Origin: Pseudomonadota bacterium
GTDB lineage: Bacteria > Pseudomonadota > Gammaproteobacteria > Competibacterales > Competibacteraceae
Direction of reading: 5' to 3'
Length of the DNA stretch: 24,000 nucleotides
Assembly (NCBI GenBank): GCA_022709365.1
Contig: JAKLIY010000010.1
Location: 2,341-26,340 of the forward strand
Position 1 is the stretch's first letter. Each line of letters starts with the position of its first letter. The notes beneath the pieces were generated by a model. It was not told where the DNA came from. It saw only the letters and a list, made by a program, of their open reading frames with translations, and did not search any database. Position numbers and translations under genes: made by a program. Shown one piece after another: positions 8,582-15,786 of this stretch.

Positions 8582-9289
8582 TCAGGGTGAGGCGTCGCGC
8601 ACCCGGATCGAATAACCCAAGCCCCGATGAGTGCGAATCGGATCGTTGTTGGGATCGATGTCGCGCAGTTTGGCGCGCAGCGTCTTGATATGAGTATCTA
8701 CGCTGCGCTCAAAACTGGCCGCCGGATCCGGCCAGACCTGATCCATCAACTGAGCGCGGGAAAACACCCGTTCCGGCTGGGCCAACAGCGTTTTGAGCAG
8801 CAGATACTCATAACGGGTCAGGTCCAGGGGCTGGTTCTGAAACCGGATGATGGCGCGGGCTTCATCGACGACAAACCCGCTTTCCCGGCGACTTTGGCCC
8901 GTCTCGCCAGCATCAGGTGGCTTGCGAATCGTGCGTTTGAGAATTGCCTTGACCCGCGCCGCCAGTTCCCGAGGGCTGAAGGGCTTGGTGACGTAATCAT
9001 CCGCACCCAGTTCCAGGCCCAGCACCCGATCCAGTTCCGCATTGCGGGCGGACAGGATCAGTACGGGCATTTCCGAATGGCGTCGCAACCGCTTGAGCAG
9101 TTCCAGCCCGGAACCATCCGGCAGGCCGAGATCGAGAATCGTCAGATCACAGGGGGTTGCCGCCAATTCGGCCTCGGCCTCGCGGACCAGCGTTCGCCAC
9201 ACCACCTGAAAACCTTCGCTGGTCAGGGCGAAATCGACGATTTCGGCGATGGACGGCTCATCTTCGACCAGCAGAATGCGGGCGGTCAT
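8582..9289 (-). CDS. creB: OmpR-family response regulator CreB
   Basis: Start re-set to the ATG at 9287-9289 (MTARILLVEDEPSIAEI...). Close match along its length to E. coli CreB as recalled (LGLPDGSG, ADDYVTKPFSPRE, LTRYEYLLLKTLL, VDTHIKTLRAKLR, THRGLGYS). The 8-nt gap to the creC ATG suggests co-transcription. Confidence 0.92.
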   Translation of the reverse strand: MTARILLVEDEPSIAEIVDFALTSEGFQVVWRTLVREAEAELAATPCDLTILDLGLPDGSGLELLKRLRRHSEMPVLILSARNAELDRVLGLELGADDYVTKPFSPRELAARVKAILKRTIRKPPDAGETGQSRRESGFVVDEARAIIRFQNQPLDLTRYEYLLLKTLLAQPERVFSRAQLMDQVWPDPAASFERSVDTHIKTLRAKLRDIDPNNDPIRTHRGLGYSIRVRDASP

Positions 9290-10287
9290 CACTCGGGTAC
9301 GCAGATTTCCTGACGGTGAATCGCCACCAGAGTGCGGAATGTCAGCGTCGCCACCACTAGGCTGAGCAGCGCCAGCAGCCCGTAACCGAGCAGATGGAAT
9401 GCCGGGCCGGGCAGGCGCGTACTGATGATCAGCGTCGCCAGGGTCAACGCCGCCAGCGGGAAGGAATAGGCCCAGGCGGAGATGAAGAACGGCAACCGCA
9501 GGAAACGCAGGGCATTGCTGGCCAGCAGCAGGGCGAGGAACAGGGCAGTGTAGTAAAGAATCCGGGCAAAGGCGTCGAGGTCGCCGGTCAGTCCCACATA
9601 GGCGATGAAGCCGACTGAGGGTGGCGCGAGCAGAATGAATAAGGTGGGCGCCAGCCGGGCCGGCAGCGGTTCGTGAAAGAACAGCCGGTACAGCACCATG
9701 GTCAGCAGTACAATCCAGAACACCAGACCGATGCTGAAAAAGAACCAGGACAATTCGGAAAAACCCAGTCGTACCCCAGCCACCGGCACGATGATGTTGC
9801 CGACCACCGGAATGAACCAGGCGGGGTTGATATGTTTGATATCGTAATGCGTGTGGTGAAGCCAACTGCCGAAAATCGCCAGAGTCAAGCCCAGATGCAG
9901 GAGCGCGCCGGCGACCCACAGCCAGAACGCCGCCTCAGGCGCGGATTCGAAATAGGCGATGGCCAGCAATAGCAGGGAAATCGACACAGTGGGGAAGAAG
10001 TTGATGCGGATGGGATGGCGCATTTCCATTTTGACCGCTTGCGGATAACGCAGAATTTTCAGGCTATAGAAAACGAGCAGGATCAAGAATAGCGCGCTCG
10101 CTGCGCCGCGCACCCCTTCACCGATGACTACCGGCAAGCCCAACACTGCATGGGCTTTCAGCCAGGCCAGCGCCAGGCCCGTCGTGCCCATGATGATCGA
10201 GAACAGGGCGATGGGAAAATGTTCCAGTCGGTGACCGGCAGATTCCTGGCCGGATACCGTGGGGGACAGGGGGGCGGAAGCAGTCAT
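9289..10287 (-). CDS. TehA/SLAC1/Mae1 (TDT) family anion or dicarboxylate channel-transporter
   Basis: 332-aa multi-pass membrane protein. N-terminal LEHFPIALFSIIMGTTGLALAW is typical of PF03595-type proteins. AGGA lies 8 nt before the ATG at 10287. The stop TGA (9289-9291) shares base 9289 with the creB ATG. Confidence 0.8.
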   Translation of the reverse strand: MTASAPLSPTVSGQESAGHRLEHFPIALFSIIMGTTGLALAWLKAHAVLGLPVVIGEGVRGAASALFLILLVFYSLKILRYPQAVKMEMRHPIRINFFPTVSISLLLLAIAYFESAPEAAFWLWVAGALLHLGLTLAIFGSWLHHTHYDIKHINPAWFIPVVGNIIVPVAGVRLGFSELSWFFFSIGLVFWIVLLTMVLYRLFFHEPLPARLAPTLFILLAPPSVGFIAYVGLTGDLDAFARILYYTALFLALLLASNALRFLRLPFFISAWAYSFPLAALTLATLIISTRLPGPAFHLLGYGLLALLSLVVATLTFRTLVAIHRQEICVPE

Positions 10288-10328
10288 GTCAGGATCCTGG
10301 AATGCTGAGAGTCAGGTGCGCTGCAATG

Positions 10329-10357
10329 ATTATATTAGTATAAGCTAATATTTTAAA
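10329..10357 (-). promoter_or_regulatory. Candidate sigma-70 promoter for the channel-creBC transcript
   Basis: Minus strand: -35 TTTAAA (10352-10357), 17-nt spacer, perfect -10 TATAAT (10329-10334), about 40 nt upstream of the ATG. It lies in the only strongly AT-rich patch of this intergenic region. Sequence match only. Confidence 0.35.
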
Positions 10358-10484
10358 GTGCAGGTTTTTATGTCTCACCTGCTTGCACTAGTAATGAGGA
10401 GTCATCAATAGGGATGGGCACGGCGGGCCAAGGTTCTGAGCAACCATGTGTATTACCATTGCCACCCCCTTGATCTTTTGGATG

Positions 10485-11231
10485 TCAATGGTCGAGCTGC
10501 TCCTCGGCAAACAGTGCCGCACCGACAATCCCGGCCTGATTGAGAAAACCAGCGGGAACTACGGGCGTCTGCGTGGTGATCCGCGACGCAAACTTGGACA
10601 GCTTTTTGCTCGCGCCGCCGCCGATCACGATCAAATCAGGCCAGAACAGGTTTTCCAGGGTGATCAGGTAGTGGTTAAGACGATCACCCCAGTCTTTCCA
10701 TTTGAGCTGCTTGGCGACGCGCACGGCGTCCGAAGCGTAACGTTCGGCCTCCAGACCGTTGTCGAGAATAAGATGGCCCAGTTCGGTGTTGGGCAGCAAA
10801 TGTCCGCCGCTAAACAGGGCTGTTCCGAGTCCGGTGCCAATCGTGACGATGAGCGCTACGCCGGCGACCTCTTTGCCGGCGCCGAAACGCATTTCGGCCA
10901 ACCCCGCGACGTCAGCATCGTTGGCGACATACGCCAAATTGCCCGTTTGTCTTGAAAAATAATCAGCCACGGGCAACCCGATAAAGGCGGGGTCGATGTT
11001 CGCCGCCGTGCGGGCGATGCCGTGCTGGATGGCGGCGGGAAACCCGATGCCGACAGGACCGGACCATTGGTGCTGCTCGACGAGTTTTTTCACCGCCATG
11101 CCGATGGACTCGGGCGTCGCCGGGCGGAGCGTCTCGATACGCAGGCGTTCGCTCACCAGTTCTCCGGTCGAAGTTTCGACAATAGCGCCCTTGATCCCGG
11201 TGCCGCCGACATCAATACCTAAGATTTGCAT
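10485..11231 (-). CDS. ppgK: Polyphosphate glucokinase (ROK family)
   Basis: Start re-set to the ATG at 11231 ([18 protein letters not shown]...) with AAGGAA upstream; the ORF-track start at 11246 is TTG. Extensive similarity to mycobacterial PPGK as recalled: GIDxGGxGIKGA, [50 protein letters not shown]. Confidence 0.88.
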   Translation of the reverse strand: MQILGIDVGGTGIKGAIVETSTGELVSERLRIETLRPATPESIGMAVKKLVEQHQWSGPVGIGFPAAIQHGIARTAANIDPAFIGLPVADYFSRQTGNLAYVANDADVAGLAEMRFGAGKEVAGVALIVTIGTGLGTALFSGGHLLPNTELGHLILDNGLEAERYASDAVRVAKQLKWKDWGDRLNHYLITLENLFWPDLIVIGGGASKKLSKFASRITTQTPVVPAGFLNQAGIVGAALFAEEQLDH

Positions 11232-11471
11232 GCCTGTTTCCTTCAATATATTTATTTATCTTGATCAATTTGTTATGAGAATTAATATTGGGCATGGGAG
11301 CCGGATGGGCCGGATCAGAAACCGAAGCTTCCACGAAACTTAACAGATTGGACTCATCGGTTCATCATTAACCGTTCATTTTCTTGTGGGAACTGATCCA
11401 GTGCATCCGAGATTGCGCTGGCAAAGCTTGCTTGCTTTTTAGCCTCTGATCCTTTGACTGGAGATCGACTA

Positions 11472-11915
11472 ATGAATCCTCGACCGATTCTACGCCCGGA
11501 CATCACCCTGGCATGGCTCAACGAACTGGGGACCGAGTATCTGCCCGGCTTTCTGGGCGTGGAATTGCTGGAATTAGCGCCGGGACAACTGCGCGGTCGG
11601 ATGAAGCTGGCCCAACAGCACTTTGCGCCTAACAACTTTCTCCATGCCGCCAGCATTGTAGCCCTAGCGGATACCACCTGCGGCTATGCCACAATCGCGC
11701 ACCTACCGGAAGGCGCTGCCTCTTTTACCACGATTGAGTTGAAGAGCAATCATCTCGGAACCGTCCGCGAAGGCACGATTCTCTGTGTGGCTAGCGCCCA
11801 GCACTTGGGGCGCACGACGCAGGTCTGGGATGCGGTGGTCACGGACGCGGCGAATGGACGCTCGCTGGCGCTGTTCCGCTGTACGCAAATGATTCTGTGG
11901 CCGAAAACCCCGTAG
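11472..11915 (+). CDS. PaaI/YdiI-type hotdog-fold thioesterase
   Basis: Start re-set to the ATG at 11472, with GGAG at 11459-11462; the ORF-track start at 11454 is TTG. Family-typical segments: LGVELLELAPGQLRGRM, HGGAxxxLADT-like FLHAASIVALADT, and TIELKSNHL...GRTTQVWDAVV. Confidence 0.8.
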   Translation: MNPRPILRPDITLAWLNELGTEYLPGFLGVELLELAPGQLRGRMKLAQQHFAPNNFLHAASIVALADTTCGYATIAHLPEGAASFTTIELKSNHLGTVREGTILCVASAQHLGRTTQVWDAVVTDAANGRSLALFRCTQMILWPKTP

Positions 11916-11963
11916 GGGCCTTCAGCGAAATGGGCGTTGATGAGGGATGATGTTGCTGAGTGA

Positions 11964-12884
11964 TCACCGCCGCGCCATGACCGCTACCCCGGTGATCACC
12001 AAGGCCATGCCCGCCAGTTGCGCGACGCCCAACGGCTCATCGAGCAGGAGCCACGCCAACAGCAGGGTCACGCCGGGTCCCAGGCTGCCGGTCAGAGCGA
12101 CCTGGCCCGCCCCAAGCCGGCGGATCGCTTCCGACAACAGCCACACCGGCAATACGGTCGAAAACAGCGCCATCGCCAGCGCCAACCCGTAGACCGGACA
12201 TGGTTGAACCAGCGTGGTGACTGGGCGCATCAGGAGGAATTGGCCCAGCGCCAGCAAGCAAGCAATGACCGACGCAACAGCGGTCACCCGCATTGTCCCG
12301 ATCCGGCTGACGACCCTGCCGTTCCCCAAGAGATAAAGGGCATAGGACAAGGCGCTGCCAAAGACCAAGGCGCTGCCGAGGGCCAGGTCTCGCGTTGATC
12401 CCGCCAGCCGCCAATCGTGTGCGACTGCCAAAGCAATGCCGGCATAACATAGCGTCAGCGCACTCAGCACCCGGTGAGTGATGCGTTGACCGAACAGCAG
12501 CGCCGCGAGCAGAACGACCAAGGTTGGGTAAACGAACAGGATCAGCCGTTCCAACGCCGCGCTGATGTAGCGCAAGCCGAGAAAATCCAAATAGCTGGCC
12601 AGGTAGTAGCCGAGAAACCCCAGCCCGAACAACCATGCCCAGTCGCGCCGCGTCAGCCGGGCCACCTTTGGGTGGGCGCTCATCCAGCCCATCGCGACGA
12701 AGAACGGCAAGCTGAACGCCATGCGCAAAGCCAGCAAGGTTTCGGCGTCTACGCCGTGTCGGTAGGCCAGCTTGACCAGGATCGCCTTGCCAGAAAAACC
12801 GACCGCCGCCAATACCGCGCACAGCAGACCGATCCGGTCGGCGGCAAGGTCCGCGCCCGGAAGGCCAGGTATTGTTCGGTTCAT
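11964..12884 (-). CDS. EamA/DMT-superfamily permease
   Basis: 306-aa, roughly 10-TM protein with two EamA-like halves. ATG at 12882-12884. Convergent with the thioesterase gene across a 48-nt spacer. Confidence 0.8.
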   Translation of the reverse strand: MNRTIPGLPGADLAADRIGLLCAVLAAVGFSGKAILVKLAYRHGVDAETLLALRMAFSLPFFVAMGWMSAHPKVARLTRRDWAWLFGLGFLGYYLASYLDFLGLRYISAALERLILFVYPTLVVLLAALLFGQRITHRVLSALTLCYAGIALAVAHDWRLAGSTRDLALGSALVFGSALSYALYLLGNGRVVSRIGTMRVTAVASVIACLLALGQFLLMRPVTTLVQPCPVYGLALAMALFSTVLPVWLLSEAIRRLGAGQVALTGSLGPGVTLLLAWLLLDEPLGVAQLAGMALVITGVAVMARR

Positions 12885-12985
12885 CGCTTGTTGACCAAAG
12901 CCACCATCCGCTCCTGCCCCGCGTTGGTGTAAATCTGCGTAGCGTTCATCGTAGTATGCCCCGGCAGTGCCTGGTGGGCTGCCGC
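12881..12985 (-). pseudogene. Possible 3'-terminal remnant of a tyrosine recombinase/integrase gene
   Basis: The translation ...AAAHQALPGHTTMNATQIYTNAGQERMVALVNKR* resembles the C-terminal LLGHxxxxTTQIYTHvxxErl motif of Xer/phage integrases, which includes the catalytic Tyr. No upstream RHR-box region remains in any frame I read. The stop TGA overlaps the EamA ATG (ATGA). Confidence 0.35.
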
Positions 12986-12986
12986 A

Positions 12987-13016
12987 GAAGTTTTGATAGA
13001 TGAAGTTTTGATAGAT
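12987..13016. repeat. Perfect 2 x 15-bp tandem duplication
   Basis: GAAGTTTTGATAGAT occurs at 12987-13001 and again at 13002-13016. This gives the SIKTS-SIKTS repeat in the minus-strand ORF. Confidence 0.9.
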
Positions 13017-13342
13017 TCAGATACAAGGGTGAGCTTAAACAAACGACACAAAAGTCCCATGGGATTTTGAGCCATGGCGTGGCCTAAACACCCCGCTTAT
13101 CGAACCACCCGGAAATCCAGTGGGCGGGAGTCCGGTCGAAATACACGTTCTCGACGGTACGCCGACCAATACGGGTGCGTTGAGTTCGCCGGGGTCCATC
13201 GACTCGAACTTCAGATAGCCCCAGTTTGGTTGACGCTGTTTGAACCGCTCGCTATAGACTCAACGCCTCGCTCGCGGTTATAGCGATCTGGCGTCCTTCA
13301 TCCAGCGGCGTATCCCTACGGTGTGGAAAACAGGCAGTGTAG

Positions 13343-13579
13343 CCGTTGGAACAGAGCGCCTTTGAACGGGACTGCCCGCTAGCCACCATTACCTTGGAGT
13401 CAACCGCCGCCGACCACACCTTGCGGCAAGCCTTGGCTCAAGGATTTAGTGAGATCAGAGAACGGCTGACTTGTCTGCTGTCACAGGCCGGTGTGAGTTC
13501 GGCCAAGGCGGCGCAACTCTCTAAATGCCTAACCTTGGCGTTGTCATGCGCCTGCCGTCGGCCCGGCGGATTCTGCTAG
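13343..13579 (+). pseudogene. Possible TetR/AcrR-family regulator remnant (C-terminal ligand domain only)
   Basis: AFERDCPLATITLESTAADHTLRQALAQGFSEIRERLTCLLSQAGV...AAQLS resembles the GCPLGNLALE...LRxALxxGFxxWRxxL region of TetR proteins. An in-frame TAG at 13340-13342 cuts off any N-terminal HTH. The only start available is TTG. Confidence 0.35.
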
Positions 13580-13590
13580 AATCGCCGGCC

Positions 13591-15786
13591 ATGGACGTTT
13601 CCTGGATTCTCAATAACCTCAACGAACCCCAGCGCGCCGCAGTCACTGCGCCGCTGGGGCCTTTGCGTGTGCTGGCCGGCGCCGGCAGTGGTAAAACGCG
13701 CGTGCTGACCCGGCGCATCGCCTGGCTGATGGCGGTGGAAAACGCCTCGCCCTGGTCGATCCTGGCGGTCACCTTCACCAACAAGGCCGCCGCCGAAATG
13801 CGTGGCCGTGTGACGGCGATGCTGGAGCAACCGCTCAGCGGGCTGTGGATTGGCACTTTTCACGGCATCGCCCATCGCCTGCTTCGTCAGCACTGGCAGG
13901 AGGCGCGCCTGCCGCGCGCTTTTCAGGTACTCGACAGCAGCGACCAGCTCCGGCTGGTCAAGCGCGTGCTGCGCGACCTGAATCTCGACGAGAAGAAATG
14001 GCCGCCGCAATCCGCAGCCAACTTTATCAACCGTTGCAAGGACGACGCACAACGCCCGGCGAATGTCATCGACGACCACAGCGCAACCCAGCGCCAGTAC
14101 CTGCGCATCTATGCGCTCTATCAGCAGGAATGCGACCGCAGCGGGCTGGTGGATTTTGGCGAACTGCTGCTGCGCGCCTATGAATTGTGGCGCAATGACC
14201 CGGACCTGCTGGCTCACTACCGGGAACGGTTCCAGCATCTGTTGGTGGACGAATTCCAGGACACCAACGCCATCCAGTATCAGTGGGTACAGTTGTTGAG
14301 CGGTGGCCAGGGCGATGTCTTCGTCGTCGGAGACGACGATCAGTGCGTCTACGGGTTCCGAGGCTCCAAAGTCGAGAATATCCAACGCTTCGCCGACGAT
14401 TTTCCCGGCGCGCAAACCATCCGCCTGGAGCAGAATTACCGCTCGACCGGTGCGATTCTCCACGCCGCCAACGCGCTGATCGCCTACAACACCGTCCGAT
14501 TGGGGAAAAATCTGTGGACGGACGCCGGCAACGGCGAACCGATCCAGGTCTACGCCGCCTACACTGCAGCCGATGAAGCCCGGTTCGTGGTCGAGCGCAT
14601 CCGGCAATGGGTCGAAGCCGGCGGTAAGCGCTGTGAGGCGGCGATTCTGTACCGTTCCAACGCCCAGTCACGGATTTTCGAAGAAACCTTGATCGGCGCC
14701 GCCATGCCCTATCGTATCTATGGCGGGCTGCGTTTCTTTGAACGCGCTGAAATCAAGGACGCCCTGGCCTATCTGCGGCTGGTCGCCAATCGCCATGACG
14801 ATCCCTCATTCGAACGGGCGATCAACACCCCGCCGCGTGGCATTGGCGAACGCACCCTGGATTTGCTGCGCGAGACGGCGCGCGCCGGAAACTGCGCCCT
14901 GTGGCAGGCCGCCGGATCACTGCTCACCGCGCGCGTTTTCAGCAGTCGGGCGGCGAACGCCGTGCGCGGTTTTATCCACCTGATCGAGGCGCTCGATCAC
15001 GATAGCGACCAGCAGCCCCTGCCCGAACGGGTCGCGTATGTCGTCGCCCACAGCGGTTTGCGGGCGATGTATGAGGAGGCCAAGGACGATAAGGGGGAAA
15101 TGCGTGTCGAGAATCTGGAGGAACTGGTCAACGCCAGCGCCAGTTTTATCATCGAAAGCGACCCGGTCATCATCGGCATCGATCCTGATGAACCGGACTG
15201 GCTGAACGCCTTCCTGACTCAGGCTGCGCTGGAATCCGGCGAACGACAGGCTGGCCTCGGCGACGACTGTGTGCAAATGATGACCCTGCACATGGCCAAG
15301 GGGCTGGAATTCCCGCTGGTATTTCTGGTCGGCTGGGAGGAAGGACTGTTTCCGCACAGCCGTTCGTCCACTCAGGACCGTCAACTGGAAGAGGAGCGGC
15401 GGCTGGCCTATGTCGGCGTCACCCGCGCCCAGACCCGGCTTTATCTGTGCTATGCCGAGTCGCGCCGCCTGTATGGCAAGGAACACCAGGCGGAGCCTTC
15501 GCGCTTTGTTCGGGAAATCCCTGCGGAGTTGACGCATGACGTGCGCGCCCGGAAGAAATCGCCTACTTCCGTAGCGGCGGTGTCCCCTCCTGCGCCTAAG
15601 CCCGTTGCAGGCAGTGCGCCAGCCACTCTCCGGCCCCGCCAGCGGGTGCGTCACGCCAAATTCGGCGAGGGCGTGGTGCTGGAGGTCGAAGGGCAGGGCT
15701 ACCATACCCGGGCGCGGATCGACTTTCCAGCAGCAGGCGGTTCCAAGTGGCTGATTCTGGCCTATGCCACCCTGGAAATCATGTGA
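13591..15786 (+). CDS. uvrD: DNA helicase II UvrD
   Basis: Start re-set to the ATG at 13591 (MDVSWILNNLNEPQRAAVTAP...VLAGAGSGKTRVLTRRIAWLM), co-linear with E. coli UvrD (MDVSYLLDSLNDKQREAV...). All SF1 helicase motifs are present: TFTNKAA, LVDEFQDTN, VGDDDQ, LEQNYRS, YRSNAQSR, MTLHxAKGLEF, RRLAYVGVTRA. The C-terminal GQRVRHAKFGEG motif is also present. Confidence 0.95.
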   Translation: MDVSWILNNLNEPQRAAVTAPLGPLRVLAGAGSGKTRVLTRRIAWLMAVENASPWSILAVTFTNKAAAEMRGRVTAMLEQPLSGLWIGTFHGIAHRLLRQHWQEARLPRAFQVLDSSDQLRLVKRVLRDLNLDEKKWPPQSAANFINRCKDDAQRPANVIDDHSATQRQYLRIYALYQQECDRSGLVDFGELLLRAYELWRNDPDLLAHYRERFQHLLVDEFQDTNAIQYQWVQLLSGGQGDVFVVGDDDQCVYGFRGSKVENIQRFADDFPGAQTIRLEQNYRSTGAILHAANALIAYNTVRLGKNLWTDAGNGEPIQVYAAYTAADEARFVVERIRQWVEAGGKRCEAAILYRSNAQSRIFEETLIGAAMPYRIYGGLRFFERAEIKDALAYLRLVANRHDDPSFERAINTPPRGIGERTLDLLRETARAGNCALWQAAGSLLTARVFSSRAANAVRGFIHLIEALDHDSDQQPLPERVAYVVAHSGLRAMYEEAKDDKGEMRVENLEELVNASASFIIESDPVIIGIDPDEPDWLNAFLTQAALESGERQAGLGDDCVQMMTLHMAKGLEFPLVFLVGWEEGLFPHSRSSTQDRQLEEERRLAYVGVTRAQTRLYLCYAESRRLYGKEHQAEPSRFVREIPAELTHDVRARKKSPTSVAAVSPPAPKPVAGSAPATLRPRQRVRHAKFGEGVVLEVEGQGYHTRARIDFPAAGGSKWLILAYATLEIM

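Noticed and set aside
8582-9919. ORF-track 445-aa ORF suggesting a much longer CreB.
   Set aside because: Only the last 235 codons are CreB-like. The upstream ~210 codons are an alternate-frame read through the TehA-family gene with nonsense-like composition. An ATG at 9289 gives a full-length OmpR-family protein.
11418-11435. Sigma-54-like CTGGCA...TTGC motif upstream of the thioesterase gene, and TTGGCATAATGCC on the minus strand at about 5408-5420.
   Set aside because: The GG-to-GC spacing is 10 or 14 nt (thioesterase site), or the -12 GC is absent (GT4 site), instead of the required fixed spacing.
13084-13345. Attempt to find the missing TetR HTH upstream of the TetR-like remnant on the plus strand (for example ...TNTGALSSPGSIDSNFR*).
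   Set aside because: Spacing does not fit the TetR HTH (G-x13/14-AGVS-x-G-x-hY-x-x-F). Stops interrupt every plus-strand frame, and the minus-strand readings of this stretch look more protein-like.
13471-13486. SOS-box-like TTGT-N8-ACAG about 105 nt upstream of uvrD.
   Set aside because: It has one mismatch in the invariant CTGT half-site and a GC-rich spacer (CTGCTGTC) unlike the AT-rich LexA consensus. It also sits inside the TetR-like remnant and is most likely chance. uvrD may simply not be LexA-regulated here.
13576-14607. Long ORF-track entries antisense to, or in alternate frames of, recognised genes. Examples: 13576-14607 and 14917-15861 (uvrD), 18903-19925 (glnA), 4645-5490 (GT4), 5518-6288 (creD alternate frame), 12037-12822 (EamA alternate frame), 8627-9313 (creB), 16155-16826 (gspE-like), 21347-21865 and 22367-22816 (ntrB/ntrC).
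   Set aside because: Each fully overlaps a gene with strong orthologue-level similarity. Their translations are Arg/Gly/Pro/Ala-rich and low-complexity with no recognisable motifs, as expected for stop-poor frames in GC-rich DNA.
13591-15786. UvrD-like helicase as a possible defence-system component, given the adjacent decay scar and ATPase.
   Set aside because: The protein is co-linear with housekeeping E. coli UvrD from the first residue to the C-terminal motif. It has no extra nuclease or other fused domains, so it is the canonical repair helicase.
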